Of a DNA stretch of 64,000 nucleotides, positions 1 through 8,702 are shown in pieces (position 1 is the first letter of the stretch; every line of letters begins with the position of its first letter). The notes below the pieces were generated by a model that ran no database searches, was not told the DNA's origin, and was given only the letters and a program-made list of their open reading frames with translations. Both the position numbers and the translations under genes were made by a program. Source of the DNA: Bacteroidales bacterium (GTDB lineage Bacteria > Bacteroidota > Bacteroidia > Bacteroidales > GCA-2748055); the NCBI GenBank assembly GCA_040768485.1, contig JAXGMU010000002.1, positions 40,285 to 104,284 of the forward strand, read 5' to 3'.

Positions 1-198
1 CTCATGGGTTGTGTTTTTATTCATGGTGTATTTCGGGAATACCGTGCCAAATTCCTGGTTTCGTCTTCAATCCCCTGCATTCCGTGTGTTCTTCAATGAT
101 TCTCACAGTCATTAACTTTTCCCGAAGCGCACACATATGTGGAAAAAGGTCACAAATGAGGACAACATTCTACAAAACAGTCACCAAAAAAATATTAC

Positions 199-206
199 TA
201 TCTTTG
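199..206 (+). promoter_or_regulatory. candidate Bacteroidota-type -7 promoter box (TATCTTTG, matches TAnnTTTG)
   Basis: Exact TAnnTTTG match 52 nt upstream of the ATG at 258. The identical octamer TATCTTTG recurs before three other genes (14719, 35883, 42354). Confidence 0.3.
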
Positions 207-257
207 ATCAGCGAACCCTGATGATCAGAAGGATCTGCTGTCGAAGAAGCGAACCAT

Positions 258-1619
258 ATGGAAAGACTACTGATCGTAGACGACGATACCTATATCTGCA
301 AATTGCTGGATAACTATCTGAACAAGAATGGGTATCATACGGAATCAGTTTTCTCAGGTGCTGCAGCCCTGGATAAAATCAGGCAGAAGGAGTATGACCT
401 GATCCTGTGCGATTTCCGGCTCCCTGACAAAGACGGGTTTGATATCCTGCGACAGGTGAAAAGCAAGGACCCGGACCTTCCGGTGGTGATCATGACCGCC
501 TACAAGGATCTGGGGACGGCGGTCAGGCTGATCAAGGCAGGGGCTTACGATTACATCACCAAGCCGCTGATCCCCGAGGAGGTCCTGGAACTGATCAGGG
601 AGGCCACCGGCAGAGAAAAGAACCCGGATTCAGTTGTTTCGTTTGAAAAGGATTTCATCCAGGGGAAAAGCAGGAAATTCCGGGAAATCATCGAGCACGT
701 GAGGATCGTTTCTCCGGTGGACATGACCGTGGTCATCGAAGGAGAAACGGGATCGGGCAAGGAATACGTGGCCAGGGCCATTCACTTTAACAGCGGGAGG
801 CGGAACGGGCCTTTCATTCCGGTGGACTGCGGCGCGCTGCCAAAAGGTGTTGTGAACAGTGAGCTTTTCGGACATGTAAAAGGATCCTTTACCGGGGCCA
901 CGTACGATAAGAAAGGTTTGTTCGAACAGGCCAGCGGGGGAACCCTGTTCCTGGATGAGATCTCTAACCTGGATGCCGAGAACCAGATGAAGCTGCTCAG
1001 GGTGCTCCAGGAAAAAACGATTACCCGGATCGGGGACACCAGGGCCATCAAGGTGGATGTCAGGCTCGTGGTGGCCTCCAACGAGGACCTGATGGAGGAA
1101 GTTGAAATGAACCATCTCAGGGAGGATCTGTATCACCGGCTGAATGAATTTAAGATCATGGTCCCCCCGCTGCGGGACAGGGAAGAAGATGTCCTGGTTT
1201 TTGCAGATGCATTCATTGAAAGAGCTTCGCGCCGTTTCTCCAAAGAAGTCAAGGGATATGACGCCGAAGTGAAGCAGATCCTACTGAATTACCACTGGCC
1301 CGGCAATATCCGTGAACTTAAAAACGTGATTACGCGCTCCGTGCTGCTTTCAGGCACAACCCGCCTCACCATGCAGGACATTCCTGTGGAGATCAAAACC
1401 AAGCAGGTGCTGCACCAGAACAGCCAGGAGGACATGCCCGGGGACAGGCCCGGGGTAAAGCTGAAGGATGCTGCCGGAAAAGCTGAGAAGGAGGCGATCA
1501 TCAGGGCACTCATTAAATCAAATTACAACAAATCAAAAGCGGCCCGGTTGCTGAAAATTGACCGGAAAACCCTCTATAACAAGATCAAACAGTTCAATAT
1601 CTCCCTCATTGAGAACTGA
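258..1619 (+). CDS. sigma-54-dependent response regulator (NtrC family: receiver + AAA+ + Fis-type HTH)
   Basis: N-terminal receiver (LIVDDD...DLILCDFRLPDKDG). Walker A GETGSGKE. GAFTGA-loop variant GSFTGA. Arg-finger region and C-terminal HTH (NKSKAARLLKIDRKTLYNKI). Confidence 0.9.
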   Translation: MERLLIVDDDTYICKLLDNYLNKNGYHTESVFSGAAALDKIRQKEYDLILCDFRLPDKDGFDILRQVKSKDPDLPVVIMTAYKDLGTAVRLIKAGAYDYITKPLIPEEVLELIREATGREKNPDSVVSFEKDFIQGKSRKFREIIEHVRIVSPVDMTVVIEGETGSGKEYVARAIHFNSGRRNGPFIPVDCGALPKGVVNSELFGHVKGSFTGATYDKKGLFEQASGGTLFLDEISNLDAENQMKLLRVLQEKTITRIGDTRAIKVDVRLVVASNEDLMEEVEMNHLREDLYHRLNEFKIMVPPLRDREEDVLVFADAFIERASRRFSKEVKGYDAEVKQILLNYHWPGNIRELKNVITRSVLLSGTTRLTMQDIPVEIKTKQVLHQNSQEDMPGDRPGVKLKDAAGKAEKEAIIRALIKSNYNKSKAARLLKIDRKTLYNKIKQFNISLIEN

Positions 1620-1674
1620 GGGCCCCCGCCTGTAACGGTCCACATGTCGGATCAGGTTCAACCTTTGACTGACA

Positions 1675-3591
1675 ATGAAACCACTGACGAATCAACAATA
1701 CCGCGAAATCCTGTCCAATGTACCTGACACCTGCATGATCGTGTTTGACAGGGACCTCAGGATCCTGGAGGTGATCGACAGGGACGACTGCTTTTCCGAA
1801 CTGATTCCCAACAGCAGGGATCTCGATAACATCCGGGACATCAGCGACCCTGTCTGGCAGAAAAGCCTGACATTCATGTGTGAGCATGCCCTCAGGGAAT
1901 CCCCGCATACCAGGACCATGAACATTGAATCCGGCCAGGTGAAAATCCGGACACTCTATTTCCGGAACCATGGAGGTGATCCGTTGGGGATCCTCCTTAT
2001 GCAGGGTAATACGGGGACGCAGCGGGAGTACGGGGATTCGATGAGAAGGGGGAAAGAAGAGGCGGAGGAAACCAGCGAGGTCAAGAGCAGATTCATGGCA
2101 CGGATCAGCCATGAGATCCGGACCCCCCTGAATGCGATCATCGGGTTCATCGAACAGCTGCAGAAAACACCCCTGAATGACAGGCAAATGAACTATCTGA
2201 AGATCATCGACAAATCTTCTGTTTACCTGTTGGACCTTGTGAACGAGATCCTCACCTTTTCCAAGATCGAATCCGGGGAACTGCACCTGGATGAAGTCGA
2301 TTTCAGGCTCCATTCGTTTTTCAGGGACATCTATCATACCTTTAAGAACAGGGCGGATGAGAAGGGGATCAACTTCAGGTATTCGCTGGATGAAACCCTG
2401 AAACAGATCGTCAGGGGGGATGCGATGAGGCTCAGGCAGATCGTCATCAACCTGGTGAGCAACGCCATAAAATTTACCGAATACGGGTATGTGGAGCTAA
2501 AGGTGACACATTTCAGGGATGCCGGGGATGAAATCCTTATAAAGATCACCATTACCGATACCGGCATCGGGATCTCCGAGTACAAGATCCAGGATATTTT
2601 CCAGGAATATAAGCAGGCGAGCACCGGTATCGCCAGGTTACACGGAGGCACCGGTCTCGGTCTGACCATCAGCAAACGGCTCACCGAACTGCTCCGCGGG
2701 GAGATTACGGTCAACAGCACACTGGGAAGAGGGACCATCTTCACGGTAACAATCCCCCTGAAAAAAAGCAAACTCAAATACCTGACCAAGGATACCCTTC
2801 AGGTCAGTTCGGAAGAGCTTTCAGGTAAATCCGTACTGATCGTGGACGATGATGCCATGAACCGGACGCTGGGAGCGATCATCCTGGAAGGATTCAACAT
2901 GCGCGTCAGTGTGGCATCCGAAGGAAAGGAGGCCATGGAAATCATCAGAAAGAATCGTTTCGACGTGGTGCTGCTGGACATTCATATGCCGGTGATCAGC
3001 GGCCTGGAAGTGGCCCGGTTCATCAGGGAAAGCGAAAAGAACCGGGATGTGAAGATCATCGCGGTGACCGCGGAAATGATCAGAGAGGAGCTTGAACTCT
3101 GCCTGAAGGAAGGAATGAATGATTTTCTGATCAAACCCTACCGTGAGATCCACCTGTTCAATAAACTGTGCAAGGTACTTGAAGTGGAATCGGAACAGCC
3201 GGATGGAAAAACACCGGAGATCAGGCTGATGGAATTTAATAAACAGTCTTTGTATGACCTTCGTGAATTAAAAGCCGTTACCCGGGACAACAGGGATTTC
3301 TTCAATGAAATGATCCACACCTTCATCGGCAATGCGGAGAGCGGGGTTGCGCAGATCAGGAACGCCACTGAAAATGAGGACTGGCGCACGGTCCGGGAAA
3401 CGGCACACAGGCTGATCCCATCCTACAAGCACCTGGGGATCAAGAAGGTGGTATCTAACCTGATCGAGTTAAAAAATATGGCCGCGAACGAACCCGAGCA
3501 CGAAAAAATGGCTGTGCTGATCGCAAAAATTGAGAGAAAAACAGGAGAGGTGATCAAAAACCTGAAAAATGAGATTCGGCAGACAAAATGA
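1675..3591 (+). CDS. hybrid sensor histidine kinase (PAS-like, HisKA, HATPase_c, receiver, HPt); no TM segment seen
   Basis: H-box SRFMARISHEIRTPLNAIIGF. N/G boxes (NAIKFT, DTGIGI, GGTGLGL). Receiver VLIVDDDAMNR...VLLDIHMP. HPt-like AHRLIPSYKHLG. The N-terminus is soluble and PAS-like. Confidence 0.9.
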   Translation: MKPLTNQQYREILSNVPDTCMIVFDRDLRILEVIDRDDCFSELIPNSRDLDNIRDISDPVWQKSLTFMCEHALRESPHTRTMNIESGQVKIRTLYFRNHGGDPLGILLMQGNTGTQREYGDSMRRGKEEAEETSEVKSRFMARISHEIRTPLNAIIGFIEQLQKTPLNDRQMNYLKIIDKSSVYLLDLVNEILTFSKIESGELHLDEVDFRLHSFFRDIYHTFKNRADEKGINFRYSLDETLKQIVRGDAMRLRQIVINLVSNAIKFTEYGYVELKVTHFRDAGDEILIKITITDTGIGISEYKIQDIFQEYKQASTGIARLHGGTGLGLTISKRLTELLRGEITVNSTLGRGTIFTVTIPLKKSKLKYLTKDTLQVSSEELSGKSVLIVDDDAMNRTLGAIILEGFNMRVSVASEGKEAMEIIRKNRFDVVLLDIHMPVISGLEVARFIRESEKNRDVKIIAVTAEMIREELELCLKEGMNDFLIKPYREIHLFNKLCKVLEVESEQPDGKTPEIRLMEFNKQSLYDLRELKAVTRDNRDFFNEMIHTFIGNAESGVAQIRNATENEDWRTVRETAHRLIPSYKHLGIKKVVSNLIELKNMAANEPEHEKMAVLIAKIERKTGEVIKNLKNEIRQTK

Positions 3592-3629
3592 ACCGGGCTG
3601 CAAAACAATAAAATCCTGAATTCTGAGCA

Positions 3630-6071
3630 ATGAAAGGTTCCGGCAGAAGATTCGGCACATTCGGGGGAGTTTTTGTGCCCAACATCCTGACCATCCTGGG
3701 TGTGATCATGTACCTGCGGATGGGCTGGGTGATTGGAAATGCCGGTTTGCGGCAGACACTGATCATCCTGGTCATCGCCAATCTGATCACGCTTTTTACC
3801 GCATTCTCCATCAGCGCTATCGCCACCAATATGAGGATGAAAGGAGGCGGCGCCTATTACCTGATATCCAGGTCGCTTGGTGCCGAAGTGGGGGGAAGCA
3901 TCGGGATCCCGCTCTACCTTGCACAGGCCCTGGTCATCAGTCTCTATATCGTGGGATTCGCCGAATCGCTGCAGTTGCTTTTCCCTGATCTGGAAGGCCT
4001 GCTTATCACCCTGACCACCCTTTCCGTACTGACGGTCATTGCCCTGATCAGTTCCCGGCTCGTGATCAGGATCCAGTACATCATCCTGAGCGTGATCATC
4101 CTCTCTCTTGTTTCGTTCTTTCTGGGAGAACCCGCTTCAGCGGCCAACATCCACCTGGACTCCGCCTACGTGGAAGGGTACGATTTCTGGTCTGTCTTTG
4201 CCGTTTTCTTCCCGGCGGTCACCGGGATCCTGTCCGGGGTGAGCCTGAGCGGTGATCTGAAGAACCCGGCCAGAAGCATCCCTGCCGGGACCATCCTTTC
4301 GGTGGTGGCAGGAGCCCTGGTTTACTTTCTCGTGGCCATCTGGTTCTCCCTGGTTGCCTCACCCGGGGAGCTCACCGGTGACAGCCTGATCATGGTTGCC
4401 ATTGCCAGGTGGGCACCACTGGTGTATGCGGGGATCTGGGGGGCCACCCTCTCTTCAGCGCTGGCCAATATCCTGGCTGCTCCGCGTACCCTCCAGGCGC
4501 TGGCGGCGGACAGGATCGTATTCCGGTTTTTGCGAAAAGGCAGGGGAAGGACCAATGAACCGGTCGTAGCCACCATTGTCACTTTCGTCCTGGTTGCAGG
4601 GGTGTTGCTGGTTGGTGAGCTGAATACGATCGCTCCGGTGCTGACCATCTTTTTCCTGATCACCTATGGTTCGGTCAACATCATCGCATTCCTGGAAGGG
4701 CTGATCAACAGACCGGGCTACAGACCCACTTTCCGGGTGCACTGGTTTGTATCACTCATCGGTGCAGCAGGATGCGTCTGGGTCATGTTCCTGATCAATC
4801 CGGTCGCCTGTGTCATCGGTTTTGTTTTCGTATTTGGAATATACCTGGTATTGAAACGGATTCAGATACAAAAGAACTGGGGTGATTTCAGGAAAGGCAT
4901 CTGGAGTTCCCTGACGCGGTATTCCCTGGTAAACCTGGAGCGGCTGACCGATCATGCCGTCACCTGGCGCCCGAGCCTGATGCTGATCGGCAGGGATCTG
5001 ATTGCCAAACAGAAGCTGGTTGAGGTGGCATTCGGACTGACCCAGAAATCCGGGTTCCTGACCTGCGTCAATCTCCAGAAATCGGGCGAATTCGATACGG
5101 AAAAGCTCAATGAGGATTCCGTCGAATTCAAAAAGATGCTGTATGAAAAAGGGATCAGTGCATTCTACAAAAATGCGATCGTGGAAAATTATCTGACCGG
5201 CCAGCTGATCGCCGCCCAGGTACATGGTGTGGGGGAATTCAGACCGAATACGATCCTGATGGACTGGTCCGAATCGATCAGGGGAACACACCAGAGGACA
5301 TCCACGGAGTCCACCAGCCAGTTCAAGCTGATACGTTTTTACAGTGAGCTGAACATCAGTATGATGCTGTATCATGTGAACGCTGATATCCAGCGGTCGG
5401 GTTACCGGAAGGTGGACGTCTGGTGGGACCCCGAGCAGAAGAACGGCAGTTTCATGCTGCTGCTGGCGCATCTGCTGGCTTCCGGCAGGTACTGGGGAGA
5501 GCTGAAACTCACCATCAAAACCGTGGTCCTGAGAGACAAGCTGGAGGAGACCCGGGAGCTGCTTGAAAAACTGGTGAACAAGTCCCGGATCAGGGCGGAC
5601 ATTGAGGTGCTCTGTCCGGATACCTCCGAGGAGCAGAGCCTGGGTCTCCAGTTCGAAAGGCACCGCAGGATGCACGAGCGTCAGGAAAAATGGCTTTCTT
5701 CACTCAGAAATGCACTCGGAATACGGGAAAATAAGAAGTATACCTACAGGGAGGAGCGGTCGCAGGAGGAGGAAAAACTTCATATCGATCCGCGGATCCT
5801 GGAAAGAGATGAACTGGAAGGGTCCGGTGATGATGACATTAAAGAAAAACTCTCCGGGCAGATCAGCGAAAGAGATACCTTCATCATCAGGAGGAACATC
5901 CGGGAGATCATTGCCGCCAATTCAAAGCAGGCGGACCTGGTGATGCTCGGATTTGTCATCCCTGCCAGGGGTAAAGAAAAGAAGTATATCGAAAAGACCC
6001 AGGCTTTGCTGGCCAGGCTCCCCGACACACTTCTTGTCAACTGTCCCTTCGACTTTGACCTGTCCGACTGA
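3630..6071 (+). CDS. APC-superfamily transporter of the SLC12 / cation-chloride cotransporter type with a large cytoplasmic C-terminal domain
   Basis: 813 aa. N-terminus FGTFGGVFVPNILTILGVIMYLRMGWVIGNAG is typical of CCC/SLC12 TM1. About 12 TM segments are followed by a soluble tail of about 350 aa. Confidence 0.75.
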   Translation: MKGSGRRFGTFGGVFVPNILTILGVIMYLRMGWVIGNAGLRQTLIILVIANLITLFTAFSISAIATNMRMKGGGAYYLISRSLGAEVGGSIGIPLYLAQALVISLYIVGFAESLQLLFPDLEGLLITLTTLSVLTVIALISSRLVIRIQYIILSVIILSLVSFFLGEPASAANIHLDSAYVEGYDFWSVFAVFFPAVTGILSGVSLSGDLKNPARSIPAGTILSVVAGALVYFLVAIWFSLVASPGELTGDSLIMVAIARWAPLVYAGIWGATLSSALANILAAPRTLQALAADRIVFRFLRKGRGRTNEPVVATIVTFVLVAGVLLVGELNTIAPVLTIFFLITYGSVNIIAFLEGLINRPGYRPTFRVHWFVSLIGAAGCVWVMFLINPVACVIGFVFVFGIYLVLKRIQIQKNWGDFRKGIWSSLTRYSLVNLERLTDHAVTWRPSLMLIGRDLIAKQKLVEVAFGLTQKSGFLTCVNLQKSGEFDTEKLNEDSVEFKKMLYEKGISAFYKNAIVENYLTGQLIAAQVHGVGEFRPNTILMDWSESIRGTHQRTSTESTSQFKLIRFYSELNISMMLYHVNADIQRSGYRKVDVWWDPEQKNGSFMLLLAHLLASGRYWGELKLTIKTVVLRDKLEETRELLEKLVNKSRIRADIEVLCPDTSEEQSLGLQFERHRRMHERQEKWLSSLRNALGIRENKKYTYREERSQEEEKLHIDPRILERDELEGSGDDDIKEKLSGQISERDTFIIRRNIREIIAANSKQADLVMLGFVIPARGKEKKYIEKTQALLARLPDTLLVNCPFDFDLSD

Positions 6072-6494
6072 TCACTGATTCTGTCCCTGCGACTTCTTCA
6101 GGTCGGACAGGGCTTTTGCAATATCTTCCTGGTTCTTCTTGATCTCCCGGATCCCCATCCTGGTCATCAGCAGTTCCAGGTTCTTGTCATCCAGCAGCAT
6201 TTCCCGGACCCTGCTCCCGGCGATCTTATCCTTCATCTTCCCGAGCTCCACTCCGTGTTCCAGCTCATAGATCATCTTCCGGAGACTGGTGGAATAATTC
6301 ATCCAGGCCTGGATCGCAATGATCACCAGACCAACCAGGAACAAAACGATGAATGGAGGGAAGGTGACAACTCCGAATCCCAGGCTGACGTTCAGATCCA
6401 CCGTGAAGATCTTCCAGTTAAAGATGGCAAAATAGGCACTGACCAGGATGTAAATGATCAAAAGGATGCTTTTTTTCAATAACAGGTTTTTCAC
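6072..6494 (-). CDS. small membrane protein (two TM helices, LapA/DUF1049-like) with a charged helical tail
   Basis: 140-aa ORF with two clear hydrophobic helices, then a Lys/Glu-rich helical segment. It abuts the stop of the convergent transporter gene with no gap. Confidence 0.5.
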   Translation of the reverse strand: MKNLLLKKSILLIIYILVSAYFAIFNWKIFTVDLNVSLGFGVVTFPPFIVLFLVGLVIIAIQAWMNYSTSLRKMIYELEHGVELGKMKDKIAGSRVREMLLDDKNLELLMTRMGIREIKKNQEDIAKALSDLKKSQGQNQ

Positions 6495-6508
6495 TTCTGA
6501 CTCCTTTC

Positions 6509-6940
6509 CTATTCTTCTGCTTCCAGCCGTTCCCCGATCTCTATGATCTGTTTTTCCAGTTCCTTCATCTGGGACATCAGTTCCTTGAATTCCGCATTCT
6601 TCAGGAACTCGGCCCTGAACTTATACCTTCCCGAGTACTCCATGAAGCACATATAGCCCAGTTGTTTGGCTACCTCATCCCTGTCCTCCTTCAGGTTTCG
6701 CATTTCAGAACGGTCCTTGAATTTGTCCGCATATTTCTGGGCATTGACGGACAGGCTTTCATAGATATCCGTTCCCTTCTCATATGCCGATTCAGCAGCA
6801 TCTTTCACCCTGTCGAAAAATCTGGAAAAGACCTCCGATGCTTTTTCCGAAAATGCCTTTGCGCCGGCAGCGATGTTCTCTTTTGATTCCGAAGCGAAAT
6901 CTTTTACCTGCTGCCGGTCAGCTTTGTTCTCTTTTTCCAT
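6509..6940 (-). CDS. hypothetical charged helical protein (YtxH-like appearance)
   Basis: 143-aa ORF, 14 nt upstream of the previous gene on the same strand. Composition is Lys/Glu/Ala-rich and helical. No family-specific motif recognised. Confidence 0.45.
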   Translation of the reverse strand: MEKENKADRQQVKDFASESKENIAAGAKAFSEKASEVFSRFFDRVKDAAESAYEKGTDIYESLSVNAQKYADKFKDRSEMRNLKEDRDEVAKQLGYMCFMEYSGRYKFRAEFLKNAEFKELMSQMKELEKQIIEIGERLEAEE

Positions 6941-6985
6941 GTGTATTGTTATTTGTTATTGTTGAAATGGATTGCTTTAAGCAAG

Positions 6986-8365
6986 TTACATATTTTTTGA
7001 TTTTCTAATCCTTCTGCCCAGGAAATAAAACAGGATCAACAGGGCGACTCCCCCGACGACAATGACAAGGGTAGTGATGCCGACCGTCCTTCCGAATTTC
7101 GCGCGTTGCCTGACAGCCTCGGCCCGCTGCTCCGCCAGTTCCTTCCTGGTTCTGGCGATTTCCGCCTTCTCCTCCTGGATCAGGTCATTCAGCGAATCCA
7201 GCTGTCCGCTCATGCTTGACAGCATTCCCAGATCATCGTCTCCGGTTTCCGTAGCACCGCTCCCTTCTGTCTCACCGCCGGTTTTCTCCTCCAGGAGCCT
7301 GATTTCTTCTTCGGCCAGATCGGCCTCCGTCTCTTCAATGGCCGCCTGTTGCTCCAGTATTTCACTCATTTCCCTGTTCCTGATCAGCTCCATCCGGCGG
7401 TCCAGGGATGCGATCTGCCCCTCCGTACCCGCAAGATCCTGTGAGATCTGCTTTTGCTTCTTTACCAGTTTGCTGCGCTCCGAGGTTAGCTGTTCCAGCT
7501 CTCTTTCCAGCCGCTCCTTCTCAGAAGCAATGAAATTCTCGATGATGGCCTGTTTATCATGTTCCAGTCTGATCTGTGCCCGCAGTTCATTCATCACCGA
7601 ATCTGTCGCTGCAATCCATTCTGCGATCTCACCCAGCTCGGACTCCAGCTCCTGCCGGTTGTCCTGTTCAACTGCGATGATGCTGTCCATTGAGGCGATT
7701 CTTTCTCTGTAGGGCATGATTTCCTTATCAGAGGCATTGATCCTTAGCAGATTATCCCTCTCATCCACATACATTTGCCTTTCCATTTCATAGGCTTCAA
7801 TTTTTTTATCTGCCACCAGCATCCGCTTTCTGAGGAGCTCAGCCCGTTTTTTTTCCTGCTGTTTGCGGTTTTCACGGCTGGTCATCCGCCTGTCAATTTC
7901 TGATATCCCCGATTCAAGAGCCTCTTCCGTCCTGCCTTCCTGCAATGCGTAGAATTCAATGCTCTTCTCAATGGAATCAAGGGCATTGTTCAGGCCGGAG
8001 AGCTCCCCTTTTACCAGCTGGATTGAGTCCTCGTATGCTGTAATTCTCTTTTCGAGTTCGGCCTTTTCCGAGGCCACCGCAGACTGTTCTTTTTCCCTCA
8101 GTGTATCCACCAGCGCTTTCTGGTTTTCTTCAAGGCGCTGTATTGTCAGGTCCTTTTGTTCACGCTCCCGGATCAGGGTCTGTTTTTCGCCGGAGAGCGA
8201 ATCCCTGATCACCTGGAGCTCATCCACGGCCTCTGACTGGGACTGCTGCAACTGGGCCTGCCTTTCAAGCAGTTTGCCGATTTCCTGTTCTTCTGTTTTT
8301 TTGGTCTTGCAACCGGCCATGATCATCACCAGGATCATGCCGGCTATTGTCAGTTTTTTCATCAT
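6986..8365 (-). CDS. long coiled-coil lipoprotein with an additional C-terminal TM helix
   Basis: Lipobox MILVMIMAGC at the N-terminus. About 400 aa of uninterrupted heptad-like E/K/Q/L sequence. C-terminal hydrophobic helix TTLVIVVGGVALLILFYFLG followed by RRIRKSK. Confidence 0.6.
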   Translation of the reverse strand: MMKKLTIAGMILVMIMAGCKTKKTEEQEIGKLLERQAQLQQSQSEAVDELQVIRDSLSGEKQTLIREREQKDLTIQRLEENQKALVDTLREKEQSAVASEKAELEKRITAYEDSIQLVKGELSGLNNALDSIEKSIEFYALQEGRTEEALESGISEIDRRMTSRENRKQQEKKRAELLRKRMLVADKKIEAYEMERQMYVDERDNLLRINASDKEIMPYRERIASMDSIIAVEQDNRQELESELGEIAEWIAATDSVMNELRAQIRLEHDKQAIIENFIASEKERLERELEQLTSERSKLVKKQKQISQDLAGTEGQIASLDRRMELIRNREMSEILEQQAAIEETEADLAEEEIRLLEEKTGGETEGSGATETGDDDLGMLSSMSGQLDSLNDLIQEEKAEIARTRKELAEQRAEAVRQRAKFGRTVGITTLVIVVGGVALLILFYFLGRRIRKSKNM

Positions 8366-8524
8366 CTGTTGGTTTTCTTATAATAAGTTATGGTTGTGCT
8401 GACAGGTTCAGTGAAAAAATCATTCCATGAATCAGTTACCGGGCTAAACTCCTGAAAATAAATCGATCCGGTTTATATGCGGTTCCTTTTTCCATCGTGG
8501 GGTGTGTATTTATTTACCCACTTT

Positions 8525-8548
8525 ATCCACAGGAATCCACAATCCGCA
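8525..8548 (+). repeat. three direct ATCCRCA heptamers (8525-8531, 8535-8541, 8542-8548) in the otsA upstream region
   Basis: Read directly: ATCCACA gga ATCCACA ATCCGCA. Confidence 0.6.
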
Positions 8549-8572
8549 AATGAGGCAGGAATAACGGGACCG

Positions 8573-8606
8573 CCCCTGAAGCAACGGACACCGCCAGCCT
8601 CAGGGG
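8573..8606 (+). repeat. inverted repeat CCCCTGA-N20-TCAGGGG in the otsA upstream region
   Basis: 7-bp perfect arms at 8573-8579 and 8600-8606. Could be a protein-binding site or an RNA hairpin. Confidence 0.5.
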
Positions 8607-8684
8607 AACCCGGCAGTCAGCATCCTTCCGGGAGCTCATATAAATTAAAAGTGGTACAGCGATTGTGCACTGGCCTACAAGGTC

Positions 8685-8692
8685 TATTTTTG
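8685..8692 (+). promoter_or_regulatory. candidate -7 promoter box (TATTTTTG) for the trehalose gene
   Basis: TAnnTTTG match 11 nt upstream of the ATG at 8703. Confidence 0.3.
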
Positions 8693-8702
8693 ATTAAAAA
8701 CA

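Noticed and set aside
9-221. 70-aa TTG-initiated ORF at the left edge.
   Set aside because: No motif, an unusual Cys/Phe-rich composition, and overlap with the predicted promoter region of the response-regulator gene. Not supported as coding.
8661-8670. GATTGTGCAC, resembling a half-site of the CAATCGATTG operator upstream of otsA.
   Set aside because: Only one half-site is present with no palindromic partner. It also overlaps the sigma-54-like element. Probably coincidental.
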